Of a stretch of 59,545 nucleotides of DNA, positions 50,263-59,545 are shown piece by piece (the first letter of the stretch is position 1; each line of letters begins with the position of its first letter). Under the pieces are notes generated by a model, which did not search any database, was not told where the DNA came from, and worked only from the letters and a program-made list of their open reading frames with translations. The stretch is taken from the IMG/VR virus record IMGVR_UViG_3300045612_000175, positions 1-59,545 of that record. One strand, written 5' to 3'. Both the position numbers and the translations under genes were made by a program. This stretch comes from a virus (taxonomy: Duplodnaviria > Caudoviricetes).

Positions 50263-52710
50263 ATGGCATCAGGAATTAACACAGTACAGCTAGATAGATC
50301 AGTTGTTCAGAATGCCGCTGAAATTCTCTCATTGCTTTCTGGTAAAAACACGATATATCCATCGAGGATTATTACTGAGTCAAATACTGTACCGCCCGGT
50401 GGATCTAGAGTTGATTACTTTTCGTCTAAGTATTTTACAGACAATCCAGAAAATAATGCAAAAATTAATAATGAAAGAAATATGCTGTTCATTCCAGCAT
50501 GGAAAACAATAGTTGGAATATACGAATCAGAAATTGCAAGAGAGAGCACAAGCTGGTATTCTTCTCAAGAGAATAAAGACAAAGAAAGGGCGCAAAGCCT
50601 GCAAAGAATAAATAATCAACTTATATACATACGCAATAATATAATGCAAAATAATGAATATGAACGAAGAGAAAGTTCTGATTCATCAACTCCTCTTTAC
50701 ACAATTAAAGATATTGATTCAAAAACAGATATGGAAAAATTTACCATATTTAACAATGGTGTAAAGCAGTTTTCAGCAGAAAATCCAGAGATGATGCCGG
50801 GATACAAGGCGTCTCCAACAGCACAGCCAAGTCCGACAGGGGTGGTAAGTCCAGCAGCGACGCCCGTGCCTCCACCTCTTGAGCCTTCTATTAATGCCGC
50901 GCCCGGATCAGCAACGGTGGCACCAGCCACATCAGTCGCTGCTGGCGGGACACCTGCTGGATTTTCAAAGGGGGCCAGCGCCACTACAGAGTCAAACGAT
51001 GATGAAAAATATATAGATAGTTTGGTATCTTCTTATAATAATAAGATGCCTGATTTGAAAAAAATAAATCCAGTTACTGCTGAAGACATTTCTAATGAAG
51101 TTAGTCAACTCAGAATTCCTTATAATTCAGCAAAAATAAAATTTGATAACGCATCAAAATCAGTAGCTAAATATGAAGCGGCACCCGGTGGAGCTGTAGG
51201 GGACAACTATGAAGCGGCAGTAAAAATTCAAGATGCTGCTCGCGAAAAGCTTGCTGAGTCAGGTCAAAAATATGCCGCGGCTCTTGTCAAAATAGACACA
51301 GCACTTAGAAATAATGGAATCGTACCATCATATGATAAAGTAACTGTTGATGGAACATTTTTTACTGTAACGAAAAATGCATATACTGGAAAAGCAATTT
51401 CCATGTCTCCAGTAAATGTTGCTCTAACTCCAGATCAGGCTCAGGCAGCAAAAGACACGGCAGTAAGGCAAGGAATTGTAAGTGAAGATACGGCTGTAAA
51501 TACAGCGCCTGCACCTGAGGCATCGAGCGTGTCGGTGCCACCTGCCGTAGCAAGAGTAGGCTCGGCACCAGCACCTGCATCAGCACCTGCACCTTATACT
51601 CCATCCCCGACAGGCATGGTCATGCCAGCTCCTGCAATGGCTGGGGCACCGAGTGTGCCAGCCCCAGTCACGAGTGCGACTGGCGGGGTATCAGGTGTCG
51701 TTGGCCTTCGAGGCACGATGACACAATCAGGTGGGTCGCCGGGCAAGCCGAACATGGTGTGGGACGGGACATGGGGGCCGGGCGGCGTAAAGAACATGGT
51801 GCAGCAAGGCACGACAGGCGGGTCAGCCGGAAGCGTGCAGATGCATCCGCTTAAGAGCCAATACGATCCAAAGACAGGAAATCTCTTTGTCATGAATGAA
51901 ATGACAGGAGAGTTCAATGTAATGAACACTGGATTAGGGAATGTATCTGCTGAAATTAAAGATGTTCATTACTATCCAGATGGATCTGTTTCTGCTGTAT
52001 ATACAGATGGATCAATGAAGGAACTAAAGACCGCAGATCCAAGTGTGCTGGCAAGACAGGCCGCAAAGGATGAGGCCGCACAGCAAAACGATCTTATGCA
52101 GGCGGAGGTCTACGCACAAAATGCAAGGAAGTCGCGATTCGAGAATGCAGTGAAAGACCTCGTCGCAAGTGGCAAGTACACTCCAGAGCAAGGGGCAATC
52201 TTGCTCGGAGACTTCAGTGCATATTTTAACTATCAACAAAATGCAAGAAAAGCCTACGAGGATGCAAGGGCCACGCGCATTGCAGAAAAAGAACGTGCAG
52301 TAGCGCAGGCACAGAAATTGCAGGGTGGCTATAACCTGAGCCGCATGCTCTTTGGTGGGAATAATCCACAGAATATGGCGGCAATCAATCAAATGGTGGA
52401 GGCGCTACCCGGAGACAAGAGCGAGTCTGTGGGGGCAAGACAATTTAGAAGCATGTGGGGAACACAAGATGGTGTTGCTAATCCACTAGACTACAAGGAT
52501 CCGGGAGCATGGACGCAGCCTGAATATACTCCTCCAGACAAGTCAATCATTGAAGAATGGATGAAACAAAATCCAAGCATATTCGACAAACTTGGAAGCA
52601 CTAATGCTGCGCAGCCGCAGCCAGTCGCGCCTCAGCCTGTGCCTGCTGTAATCACAAGGCCAGAGGGGTTCGGTCTGTACCCAGAAGCACTCGGACGTTT
52701 CGGTCAGTAG
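50263..52710 (+). CDS. Putative internal virion / ejection protein (815 aa)
   Basis: Helical and low-complexity, AT-rich 5' half, coupled to the giant gene. Confidence 0.55.
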   Translation: MASGINTVQLDRSVVQNAAEILSLLSGKNTIYPSRIITESNTVPPGGSRVDYFSSKYFTDNPENNAKINNERNMLFIPAWKTIVGIYESEIARESTSWYSSQENKDKERAQSLQRINNQLIYIRNNIMQNNEYERRESSDSSTPLYTIKDIDSKTDMEKFTIFNNGVKQFSAENPEMMPGYKASPTAQPSPTGVVSPAATPVPPPLEPSINAAPGSATVAPATSVAAGGTPAGFSKGASATTESNDDEKYIDSLVSSYNNKMPDLKKINPVTAEDISNEVSQLRIPYNSAKIKFDNASKSVAKYEAAPGGAVGDNYEAAVKIQDAAREKLAESGQKYAAALVKIDTALRNNGIVPSYDKVTVDGTFFTVTKNAYTGKAISMSPVNVALTPDQAQAAKDTAVRQGIVSEDTAVNTAPAPEASSVSVPPAVARVGSAPAPASAPAPYTPSPTGMVMPAPAMAGAPSVPAPVTSATGGVSGVVGLRGTMTQSGGSPGKPNMVWDGTWGPGGVKNMVQQGTTGGSAGSVQMHPLKSQYDPKTGNLFVMNEMTGEFNVMNTGLGNVSAEIKDVHYYPDGSVSAVYTDGSMKELKTADPSVLARQAAKDEAAQQNDLMQAEVYAQNARKSRFENAVKDLVASGKYTPEQGAILLGDFSAYFNYQQNARKAYEDARATRIAEKERAVAQAQKLQGGYNLSRMLFGGNNPQNMAAINQMVEALPGDKSESVGARQFRSMWGTQDGVANPLDYKDPGAWTQPEYTPPDKSIIEEWMKQNPSIFDKLGSTNAAQPQPVAPQPVPAVITRPEGFGLYPEALGRFGQ

Positions 52711-52746
52711 AAATATATTTTAGAAAATAATTTAGGGAGCAATTCA

Positions 52747-54441
52747 ATGCCTCAGGATAAATCAAACAAGGACGACGCAGTAGCAATATCTCCATACAGG
52801 CAATACAGTGACGGTTCTGCAAAAACAGTAACTGTCCCAGCAGGAGACCAGAAGACTGGAACTGTTACTTACACTACAGGAGGCACAAAGAAAGAAGCCG
52901 AAAAGTCAGGAGGCCAAGGCGGCACAGCAGACTCGCCCAATACCGCAGCGAATACAGCCGCGAGAAACGCAGCTCTAGGGAATCCGCCATCCGGTGGCGG
53001 TGATAAAGCAACTTCCGCTGCTGCTGCCCCCGCTGCTGCTGCTGCCCCATCACACATCATGCAACTTAGCGGCTTGGCATACTTGAGTAGCCCAGAAGAA
53101 TTTAATGCATATGCAAATACACTTGATTCATGGAGCAGATATCTCAGTATTGTAAACAGTCAGAGCCAATATGTCATGACTGTAGACAAGATCGGCCCAG
53201 ATGGAATACCTACATTCAAGCAGATGCTTGGTCCAGACAATAAGCCAATTCCTCAGAGCCAGTACGCACTCAATAAGCAGCAAATTGATAGACTAAAAAA
53301 TCAAGACATAATTGATATGGCGAATACAAGTGGTAAAATTAAAGATCCAGAGACTGGCAAATGGATTCAGACTCCAGACGCAATTGTAAAAATAGCACAA
53401 AGCGATCAATACAAGCAACAGGCAGAACTTACAAAGCAGGAGGCTCTTAAGACTATTGCTGAGACCGCATATATTTCTGGAGCACAGACTGATCTGACAA
53501 GAAATCAATCAAATCTTGTTACTGCACAGACAACATACACAAATGAGCAGCAAAAGGAGCTTGCACGACGCTACGAACTCGACAGGCAAAACGCACTGGC
53601 ACAGGCAGTGGCCGACCCAAGGCGCAGTGTCGAGGCTGCCATGATGATGCAGCTCTACGGAGCCAATCAAGGCGGCATGCCAGTCGGCACAAGCGGCTAC
53701 TCGGCGCAAGGCATGGCACAGCAGGCCCCTCAGTACACGCAGCAGCCTCCTCAATACATGCCAGCGCAGGGGTTTGCTGGCGGCACACAGGCTCAAGTCG
53801 CGCAGCCAGTCAATAGCGGGCCGCCTGCACAGGCACCGGCATGGGCGTGGGCTGGCGGTCAAAATCAGGGCGAAATGGTTCGCGCTGCTGTCATGCCTGA
53901 AGGCCAAGACGGCATGTATCGTGCTGCTGTACTTCCAGACAACTATTACTCGATGCGGGAACAATTATCTAGACAAGAGGACCTCGTTCGACAAAATGAA
54001 GCCAATCAAATGCGTGGTGCTGTGCCTGAAGGCATGCAAGCTCCAAGCGCATGGCCATCGCCAACAGGACAGGTCTCAAGTACTGATGCCGCAAATGGAG
54101 TCGGCGGCTATAGTGCGGGGCAGCTCGCGCAGAATAGGCAAAACACCGCATATGTTGTAAATCCAAATTTGGCTGCGGCTTTGCAGGGCCAGTATGTGCC
54201 GGGTGCAGGCAACAAGAGTGGCAGCTACGGTCAAGTCACAACCATTGCGGGTGCTGCACCACGAGGAGGCAACTACGGCAAGATCAACCCAGTCTCGTAC
54301 AGAAACATGGACGAGGACACTCGCGCAAGATATGGCAGCCTAGCTCTGGCCAATCAAGGCATGAGCGAGCAGGATCTTGCAAAGAGGCAGCGAGTTGCAT
54401 TGCCGGGCGCAAGTGCAAGTGGTGGTGGCACGAGGCTCTAG
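52747..54441 (+). CDS. Putative internal virion / ejection (pilot-like) protein (564 aa)
   Basis: Gln/Ala/Gly-rich with coiled-coil QQAELTKQEALKTIAET. Confidence 0.55.
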   Translation: MPQDKSNKDDAVAISPYRQYSDGSAKTVTVPAGDQKTGTVTYTTGGTKKEAEKSGGQGGTADSPNTAANTAARNAALGNPPSGGGDKATSAAAAPAAAAAPSHIMQLSGLAYLSSPEEFNAYANTLDSWSRYLSIVNSQSQYVMTVDKIGPDGIPTFKQMLGPDNKPIPQSQYALNKQQIDRLKNQDIIDMANTSGKIKDPETGKWIQTPDAIVKIAQSDQYKQQAELTKQEALKTIAETAYISGAQTDLTRNQSNLVTAQTTYTNEQQKELARRYELDRQNALAQAVADPRRSVEAAMMMQLYGANQGGMPVGTSGYSAQGMAQQAPQYTQQPPQYMPAQGFAGGTQAQVAQPVNSGPPAQAPAWAWAGGQNQGEMVRAAVMPEGQDGMYRAAVLPDNYYSMREQLSRQEDLVRQNEANQMRGAVPEGMQAPSAWPSPTGQVSSTDAANGVGGYSAGQLAQNRQNTAYVVNPNLAAALQGQYVPGAGNKSGSYGQVTTIAGAAPRGGNYGKINPVSYRNMDEDTRARYGSLALANQGMSEQDLAKRQRVALPGASASGGGTRL

Positions 54442-54477
54442 CGTTTCTACATCTGAATCACTCATAAGAGGAGAGAC

Positions 54478-55311
54478 ATGAACGACGAAATTGCGGCCCC
54501 AGAAATTAGCACCGACGATCTTCCGATTGCAGCCTATGCATCGGAGGGGCTTGAAGACTCCCGCGTCTGGTCTCCAGACGACGAGGCCATAGAGCTTGTC
54601 GATGCACCTGCACGCGAAGAACCAAAGATTGACGCCGACACAATCAGGGCGCAGGCCATTGAAGAATATAAGGCGGGGCAGCAGCTTGAGATTGAGAGGC
54701 TGCGTGCGGAAGCACAGTTGAGACTTCAGCAGGAAGCACTTGCCGCAGAAGAAGAAGAAGAGTTTGATCTTATTGAGCGTGCAGATTCTGGAGACTTGGA
54801 GGCGCAAGAGGCATTCTATCTCAAGAATTTTGAACGTGCAAAAGAGAGGCTCACGCAAAAGAAGACGCAGGCCGCACTTGAGCCTGAGCGCGCCGCAGCT
54901 CGCAACGAAATCAGGCGACAGCTTTGGGAAGAATACTCCAAGTCATTTGGTGTTGAGCCAGACGACAAGGATGTTCTTAGCATCCCCGCAGATCAAGGGA
55001 TGCGTGGCATCAACGCTGCACTCATTATGCGTACACAAGATGACGCAATTCTTGATGCAGCCAGAAAGAATCCTGCAATGCAGAAGTGGATTAAGGAGGA
55101 AGTAGCAAAAGCAACACAGGCCGCTGGAGCAAGAGCAATGGCAAGAGCACTTGGAGCAGAGGAAGCACCAAGAGCAGACGCAGCAGCTCAGACGGGTGGC
55201 AGAACAATTACAAGCGATGAGCTTGATAGGGCACTCATGCAGAATCCAGATGATAGCGAACTCTATAAGCTTTGGGTAAAGCGAGAGAGAGCGGCTGGTA
55301 GATACTGGTAA
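54478..55311 (+). CDS. Capsid scaffolding protein
   Basis: Acidic helical protein directly upstream of the capsid gene. Confidence 0.65.
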   Translation: MNDEIAAPEISTDDLPIAAYASEGLEDSRVWSPDDEAIELVDAPAREEPKIDADTIRAQAIEEYKAGQQLEIERLRAEAQLRLQQEALAAEEEEEFDLIERADSGDLEAQEAFYLKNFERAKERLTQKKTQAALEPERAAARNEIRRQLWEEYSKSFGVEPDDKDVLSIPADQGMRGINAALIMRTQDDAILDAARKNPAMQKWIKEEVAKATQAAGARAMARALGAEEAPRADAAAQTGGRTITSDELDRALMQNPDDSELYKLWVKRERAAGRYW

Positions 55312-55338
55312 TCGTTACAGTTTTTAAGGAGAGATACC

Positions 55339-56283
55339 ATGGTTGCACCGATTTCCGCAGCCGAGCTGGTGCAGATGGAGCCGAAACTCATCTTGCCCGC
55401 TCGCTTTACGCTGCAAGCTAAGACTCTGGCGACTCAGCTCTTTCACAAGGAGAGCTTGCCTGACAAGAAGGGTCGAGTCCTGAATCAGCCGAAGTATGGC
55501 GAGTTTGAGGCCTTTGACGCGACGGAAGGCATTGAGGTCGATAACCCGCAGAAGCTCAGCACCTCGAACTGGGTGGTTGAGCCGACTGAGATTGTGGCGC
55601 AGTTCTTGCTTACCGACGTGGCTGCCCGTGTCGGCGGCGAGAATCACCTTGCGAATGCGGGCCGTATCCTTGGGGATGCGATGGCCAAGAAGGTGGACAA
55701 GAAGGGCCTTTCGATTTTCAAGGATGGCGACAGCAAGGGGAACCTCTTTGGTGTCACGCACAGCCTCGGTACCGTGGGTGGCACGGGTAGCCCGACGACG
55801 ACCATCACCGTGCCGCATGTGAATGCTGCGGTGGCGCGACTCGAAGGCAATGCCGAGCCGACGCCCAAGCCGATCCGCATGATCTTGCGTGCCGAGCAGA
55901 TGCGCAAGCTCCTGAATGCTGTTGCGCCTGTGTCTGGCACGAACGCCATCTACGGTGGCATCAGCGAAGAGGTCTTGAAGCAGTACTTGAAGCACGACTT
56001 TAGGCTCTTCGGCCTTGAGGGTGGCTTCATCACTCCGAACCTTGATCGCTTCAGCACGACAAGCACGCCGGTCATTGGCGATGCGAACACCTATGCGGTC
56101 GGGGCAGTATTCAGCCCTGAGAGCATCTGGTATGTTCCGGTTGATGCCATGACGGTCGAGAAGGAGCGGCGCATGAAGGCTCGCTCGTGGCTCTATCAGG
56201 CGAGCCATACCTTTGGCTTTGGCGTCTATCAGGAGAAGTGGGGCGTCAAGATGTCGTTTGAGGCCGCAGATCCGACCTCGTAA
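55339..56283 (+). CDS. Major capsid protein (HK97-fold, 314 aa)
   Basis: QPKYG...ATEG E-loop, LTD.A, GRILGDAMAKKVD spine helix, VEKER...FGFGVYQEKWGV; strong SD and biased codons. Confidence 0.82.
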   Translation: MVAPISAAELVQMEPKLILPARFTLQAKTLATQLFHKESLPDKKGRVLNQPKYGEFEAFDATEGIEVDNPQKLSTSNWVVEPTEIVAQFLLTDVAARVGGENHLANAGRILGDAMAKKVDKKGLSIFKDGDSKGNLFGVTHSLGTVGGTGSPTTTITVPHVNAAVARLEGNAEPTPKPIRMILRAEQMRKLLNAVAPVSGTNAIYGGISEEVLKQYLKHDFRLFGLEGGFITPNLDRFSTTSTPVIGDANTYAVGAVFSPESIWYVPVDAMTVEKERRMKARSWLYQASHTFGFGVYQEKWGVKMSFEAADPTS

Positions 56284-56318
56284 TTGAGAAGATTGAGCTA
56301 TAAGCAAGGAGCAAGGCT

Positions 56319-56960
56319 ATGGGTATTCTTGATGGCGCACGGGAATTTAACAGTGCGCGAATTGGTACGCTCGCTGGTGGTGCCACAGCGAAGGCGTACT
56401 TCTACATTGCGGACGACACGGTCCTGACTGACATCGGGTTCGTGGATTCCGTGGCGGTGACTGCGAATGGCACGAACTACCTTACTGTGGCTGCGTACGT
56501 AGGTGCGACGAAGCTTGTCGAGATCAACACGAACACCGGGGCTTCGGCCTCTGGACTTGCGACGAACTCGACGCATGTGATCGCGGGCCTGACTGTGCCG
56601 CTTGGCCAGACAGTGACCGTGAATGGCACGGCGTACACGTACTTTGACGGCAAGGCCACGGCGGCTGCGACGGCCACTCAGGCTGACAAGGCTCTGGTGC
56701 TGAACCTTGGGAGCCGCTTCAATGTGTCCGATGGCATCACGACTGGGGCTGCTCAGTCCGGTGTCATTAGCACGGTGAAGTCTGAGTACGGGAACCTTGT
56801 CACGTCGGGCTATGGTGCGACGGGCTTTGGCTACACGCAGCTCAGTGGCATTCGGCTTCCTGCTGGGTCCACGCTTGAGTTGCGCGCGGTCAATACTGCG
56901 ACAAGTCCTGCCACGTTTGCGAACCTGACGCTCTTGGCTAACACGAGAGCTGGTCGCTAG
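56319..56960 (+). CDS. Putative capsid decoration / minor head protein
   Basis: Thr/Ala/Gly-rich beta protein after the MCP with similarly biased codons. Confidence 0.55.
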   Translation: MGILDGAREFNSARIGTLAGGATAKAYFYIADDTVLTDIGFVDSVAVTANGTNYLTVAAYVGATKLVEINTNTGASASGLATNSTHVIAGLTVPLGQTVTVNGTAYTYFDGKATAAATATQADKALVLNLGSRFNVSDGITTGAAQSGVISTVKSEYGNLVTSGYGATGFGYTQLSGIRLPAGSTLELRAVNTATSPATFANLTLLANTRAGR

Positions 56961-56997
56961 TCCCAAGTCTCAGGACGGAGTCCCGCGCCTCCCGTCT

Positions 56998-57045
56998 GGG
57001 GCCGGTGCCTGCTCAGCAATGAGCGTGGCCCGGCCCCATTCGTTA
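56998..57045 (+). terminator. Long GCAA-capped hairpin after the capsid genes (terminator or 3' stabiliser)
   Basis: GGGCCGG..GCTCA-GCAA-TGAGC..CCGGCCC; weak U tract. Confidence 0.5.
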
Positions 57046-57566
57046 CTTCTCATGATGAGAACTACAACGACGCAGGTGCGAGTGCCTCAGGCAAGTGACT
57101 TTGTTGCAATCCCAAAAGAACTCTGGGAAATTATGAAGACATGGCCTGATGCGCTGAATAGATGTAAGACTGCTTCTGCTGGGATGCTCTTCACGCTAAA
57201 AGAGATGGAAGACATCCTTAAGGCCGAAGAGCTTATGAGGCAAGTCAAAGAGAGTTAACAATGGGTGGCAGCTTTTACATTGTAGAGACCGATCCGCTTG
57301 AGGAAGCGCGGCCTGAATTTTACGAAGCCGACAATGAAGGCTCGCCACTTATTATTGTCAATGCAAATGATCCAAGATGGCGCATGCCTCTGTGTGAGCT
57401 TAGGGATATGGCAAAAGAGATTGAGGCAGAAAACAGAAACAATCCGAAGTTTCAGTCTCAGGCCGACAGAATGCGCGTCATGCAGGATCGTATTCTCGAT
57501 CACTTTGAGCAGATGGGGCTGATCGCAAGGGGCGCGACAGTCAACAGGCCATTGAGAGGGCGCTAA
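57019..57566 (+). CDS. Two small hypothetical genes (57019..57258, start uncertain; 57261..57566)
   Basis: Packed ORFs. Confidence 0.5.
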
Positions 57567-57567
57567 G

Positions 57568-57849
57568 ATGGGCAACGTCACGAAGGCAGGCCAGAACCCA
57601 AATGGGGGCCTCAACGCTCTGGGGCGCAGGCAAGCAGGCGGCAATCTCAAACCGCCGGTCAAGTCTGGCGACAACCCCCGGCGGGCTTCCTTCCTTGCCC
57701 GCATGGGCAATATGCCGGGGCCGGAGCGCAAGCCGAATGGTGAGCCGACGAGGCTGCTGCTGAGCCTGCAAGCATGGGGAGCCTCCAGTAAGGAGGATGC
57801 CCGGGCTAAGGCTAAGGCTATCAGCAACCGGAACAAGGCGGGAGGGTAA
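57568..57849 (+). CDS. Small basic phage protein (NP.GGLN...RRASFLARM; DUF6321-like)
   Basis: Recognisable conserved motif of aquatic phage virion modules. Confidence 0.65.
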   Translation: MGNVTKAGQNPNGGLNALGRRQAGGNLKPPVKSGDNPRRASFLARMGNMPGPERKPNGEPTRLLLSLQAWGASSKEDARAKAKAISNRNKAGG

Positions 57850-57852
57850 GCG

Positions 57853-58182
57853 ATGCCGGGGCCATTGGGTATTGGAGCCTCCGGCGCTGGTGGCGTCAGC
57901 GCCGTCACTGCCACTGCGCCGGTCACAAGTACTGGTGGTAGCACGCCAGTGATTGCTGTCACCACTGCAACGGCAGGGGCATCGGCGGTCGGCGACACCG
58001 CATCTGCCGGTGTGGCGGCAAGCCTTGCACTCAGCGACCACCGCCACAGTCGCGAGGCATTTGGGTCTGTCAGCAGTGCGGTCAGTGTGACGGCATTGGC
58101 CGATGGGACCGCCACCACCGTTGCGCGCTCTGATCATGCGCATGGGGAGCCGAGCTGGCGACGATCTTGGTTGATGGTTTAA
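57853..58182 (+). CDS. Tail fibre anchor-like protein 1
   Basis: VTATAPVTSTGGSTPVI, SDHRH/SDHAH motifs, C-terminal RRSWLMV. Confidence 0.6.
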   Translation: MPGPLGIGASGAGGVSAVTATAPVTSTGGSTPVIAVTTATAGASAVGDTASAGVAASLALSDHRHSREAFGSVSSAVSVTALADGTATTVARSDHAHGEPSWRRSWLMV

Positions 58183-58194
58183 GGAGCAATAAAA

Positions 58195-58530
58195 ATGGCC
58201 GAAATTCCAAAGCGGCTGGGGGCCAATAGTGCATTGACCGCCAATACCGCCACAAACCTTGTGGACAACGGTGCCACTGCAAATACGTACACCATCTTCT
58301 CCAGCATTGTGGGATGCAATACGGATGGCACGAACACGTACACCATTGACTTGAGTGTCAGTGCGACCAGCGCAACACACGGTGCCTACATTGCCAAGGG
58401 CGTGAGCATCAGGCCCAACGATGCGATTAGTTACGACAAAGTTGTGCTTGACCCGACTAATCGGTATTTGGTGGTGAGTGTCTCGAACGCTGCGGTGCAT
58501 GTGTCGGCGTTTGGCGTGCAGGGACCGTAA
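58195..58530 (+). CDS. Tail fibre adapter protein, paralogue A
   Basis: KRLG...SSIVGCN...SAFG pattern; paralogous to 58865..59191. Confidence 0.65.
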   Translation: MAEIPKRLGANSALTANTATNLVDNGATANTYTIFSSIVGCNTDGTNTYTIDLSVSATSATHGAYIAKGVSIRPNDAISYDKVVLDPTNRYLVVSVSNAAVHVSAFGVQGP

Positions 58531-58533
58531 GCG

Positions 58534-58860
58534 ATGGCCATCAAAGTTACTCGACAGGATGAGCATGCAGACGGCAAGTTGCCAATCAGCGCAGGAAGCA
58601 ACATTACGCTGACCGACACTGGCAGCACGCTGGTGATTGCTGCCACGACTGGGGCTGGGGGCGTGGCGTCAATCACGGCATCCACGGGCATCAGCACTTC
58701 CGCCAGCACTGGCGCGGTGACACTGACAAATACCGGGGTGACGAGCATTGTCGCTGGGACTGGCATCAGTATTTCCGGCGCAACGGGTGCAGTAACCGTC
58801 ACATCGACTGCAAGCGGAAGCGGTGGCTATACCAAGACGTTTATGTTGATGGGAGCGTAA
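58534..58860 (+). CDS. Tail fibre anchor-like protein 2
   Basis: GVTSIVAGTGISISGATGAVTV repeats, C-terminal FMLMGA. Confidence 0.65.
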   Translation: MAIKVTRQDEHADGKLPISAGSNITLTDTGSTLVIAATTGAGGVASITASTGISTSASTGAVTLTNTGVTSIVAGTGISISGATGAVTVTSTASGSGGYTKTFMLMGA

Positions 58861-58864
58861 TTAC

Positions 58865-59191
58865 ATGGCGGAAGTTATCAAACGATTGGGCACGACGACC
58901 GCCACCGCGGCGGCCAACGTGTTCGATAACGGTTCCACGGCGAGCACGTACACCGTCGTCTCGTCCATCGTGATCTGCAACACGAGCGCGACGGCGTACA
59001 CATACAACGTGTCCACGTCGGCGACCAGCGCGACGCACGGGGCGTACATCGCGTCCGGCGCGACCGTCGCGGGCAACGATACGGTCATCCTCGTGGCGGG
59101 TGTGTGCCTCGATCCGACGGCGCGGTACCTCGTGGCGCATGCGTCCAACGCCGCGGTCCACATTACGGCGTACGGGGTGACTGGGCCGTGA
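58865..59191 (+). CDS. Tail fibre adapter protein, paralogue B
   Basis: Shares MAE..KRLG, DNG.TA.TYT, SATSATHGAYIA, LDPT.RYLV and SNAAVH with paralogue A. Confidence 0.65.
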   Translation: MAEVIKRLGTTTATAAANVFDNGSTASTYTVVSSIVICNTSATAYTYNVSTSATSATHGAYIASGATVAGNDTVILVAGVCLDPTARYLVAHASNAAVHITAYGVTGP

Positions 59192-59545
59192 GTGTGACGA
59201 CGGCGAGCGTCTCGAATATCGGCGGCGTGAAGGCGCGAACGTTGCGCTGTGCCACGTTTACCACCACGGGCAGCCCGACGGTATCGGTTGCCGCGTACGG
59301 CAAGGTGACGTACGACGTGTACACGTACACGGGCAGCGGAACGCTTGTCGCGGGCAGCGCTAATCGCATGATTCGGGCGCATATCACCGTTGCAGCCGGT
59401 GGGGGCGGCGGGGGGTCTTGGGGCGGCGGCGGCGGCGGAGCGGGAGGGTTTTTTGATGGCGGGTATGCGTTGCGAGGCGGGGTTACATATACGGTCACGG
59501 TTGGTTCCGGGGGGGCGGCCGGAGTCTCGGGTGGGGCAGGCGGAT
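59188..59545 (+). CDS. Glycine-rich fibre/RBP, N-terminal part (continues at the window start)
   Basis: GTG at 59188 overlaps the upstream TGA; VYTYTGSGTL...AAGGGGGG; open to the end of the window. Confidence 0.75.
   Translation, partial: MSVTTASVSNIGGVKARTLRCATFTTTGSPTVSVAAYGKVTYDVYTYTGSGTLVAGSANRMIRAHITVAAGGGGGGSWGGGGGGAGGFFDGGYALRGGVTYTVTVGSGGAAGVSGGAGG

Noticed and set aside
56972-57045. HDV/theta-like ribozyme after the capsid genes
   Set aside because: I could not form P2, P3 or the catalytic J4/2; a plain hairpin explains it.
1-59545. Stop-codon reassignment
   Set aside because: Genes are full length under the standard code, TAA, TAG and TGA all end conserved genes, and there is no suppressor tRNA.

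Overview
The window looks like an essentially complete ~59.4 kb tailed dsDNA phage genome. Its two ends overlap by 129 bp with one mismatch, and one glycine-rich gene runs across the join. It appears lytic (no integrase seen) and podovirus-like (three large internal/ejection-type proteins, adaptor- and nozzle-like genes, no tape measure or sheath). The host is probably a GC-rich peptidoglycan-containing bacterium, plausibly Chloroflexota (inference). Modules in order: tail fibre/adaptor/nozzle and lysis (1-8.3 kb); reverse-strand thyX and ECF sigma factor; replication and nucleotide metabolism (DnaE, SSB-like protein, Prim-Pol/SF3 helicase, dNMP kinase, class II RNR, two PD-(D/E)XK nucleases); TerS and a TerL split into two coupled genes; an inverted portal block; a long early region of small genes with SNF2 helicase, GP88-like, DenV-like and dCTP deaminase genes; four antisense tRNAs; an iteron-like origin candidate; ejection proteins of about 2990, 815 and 564 aa; scaffold, major capsid and duplicated fibre modules. 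Top leads: (1) a family of covarying H-type RNA pseudoknots, one placed before the RBS of each of five consecutive early genes; (2) several E3-binding (PSBD)-like domains on Ala/Pro linkers inside the giant virion protein; (3) a tRNA set that reads exactly the ANA codons (ACA, AAA, AGA, AUA), which are dense in the AT-rich segments of the ejection genes; (4) layered RNA-level control of late and replication genes. All product calls come from motif recognition by eye; no searches were run.
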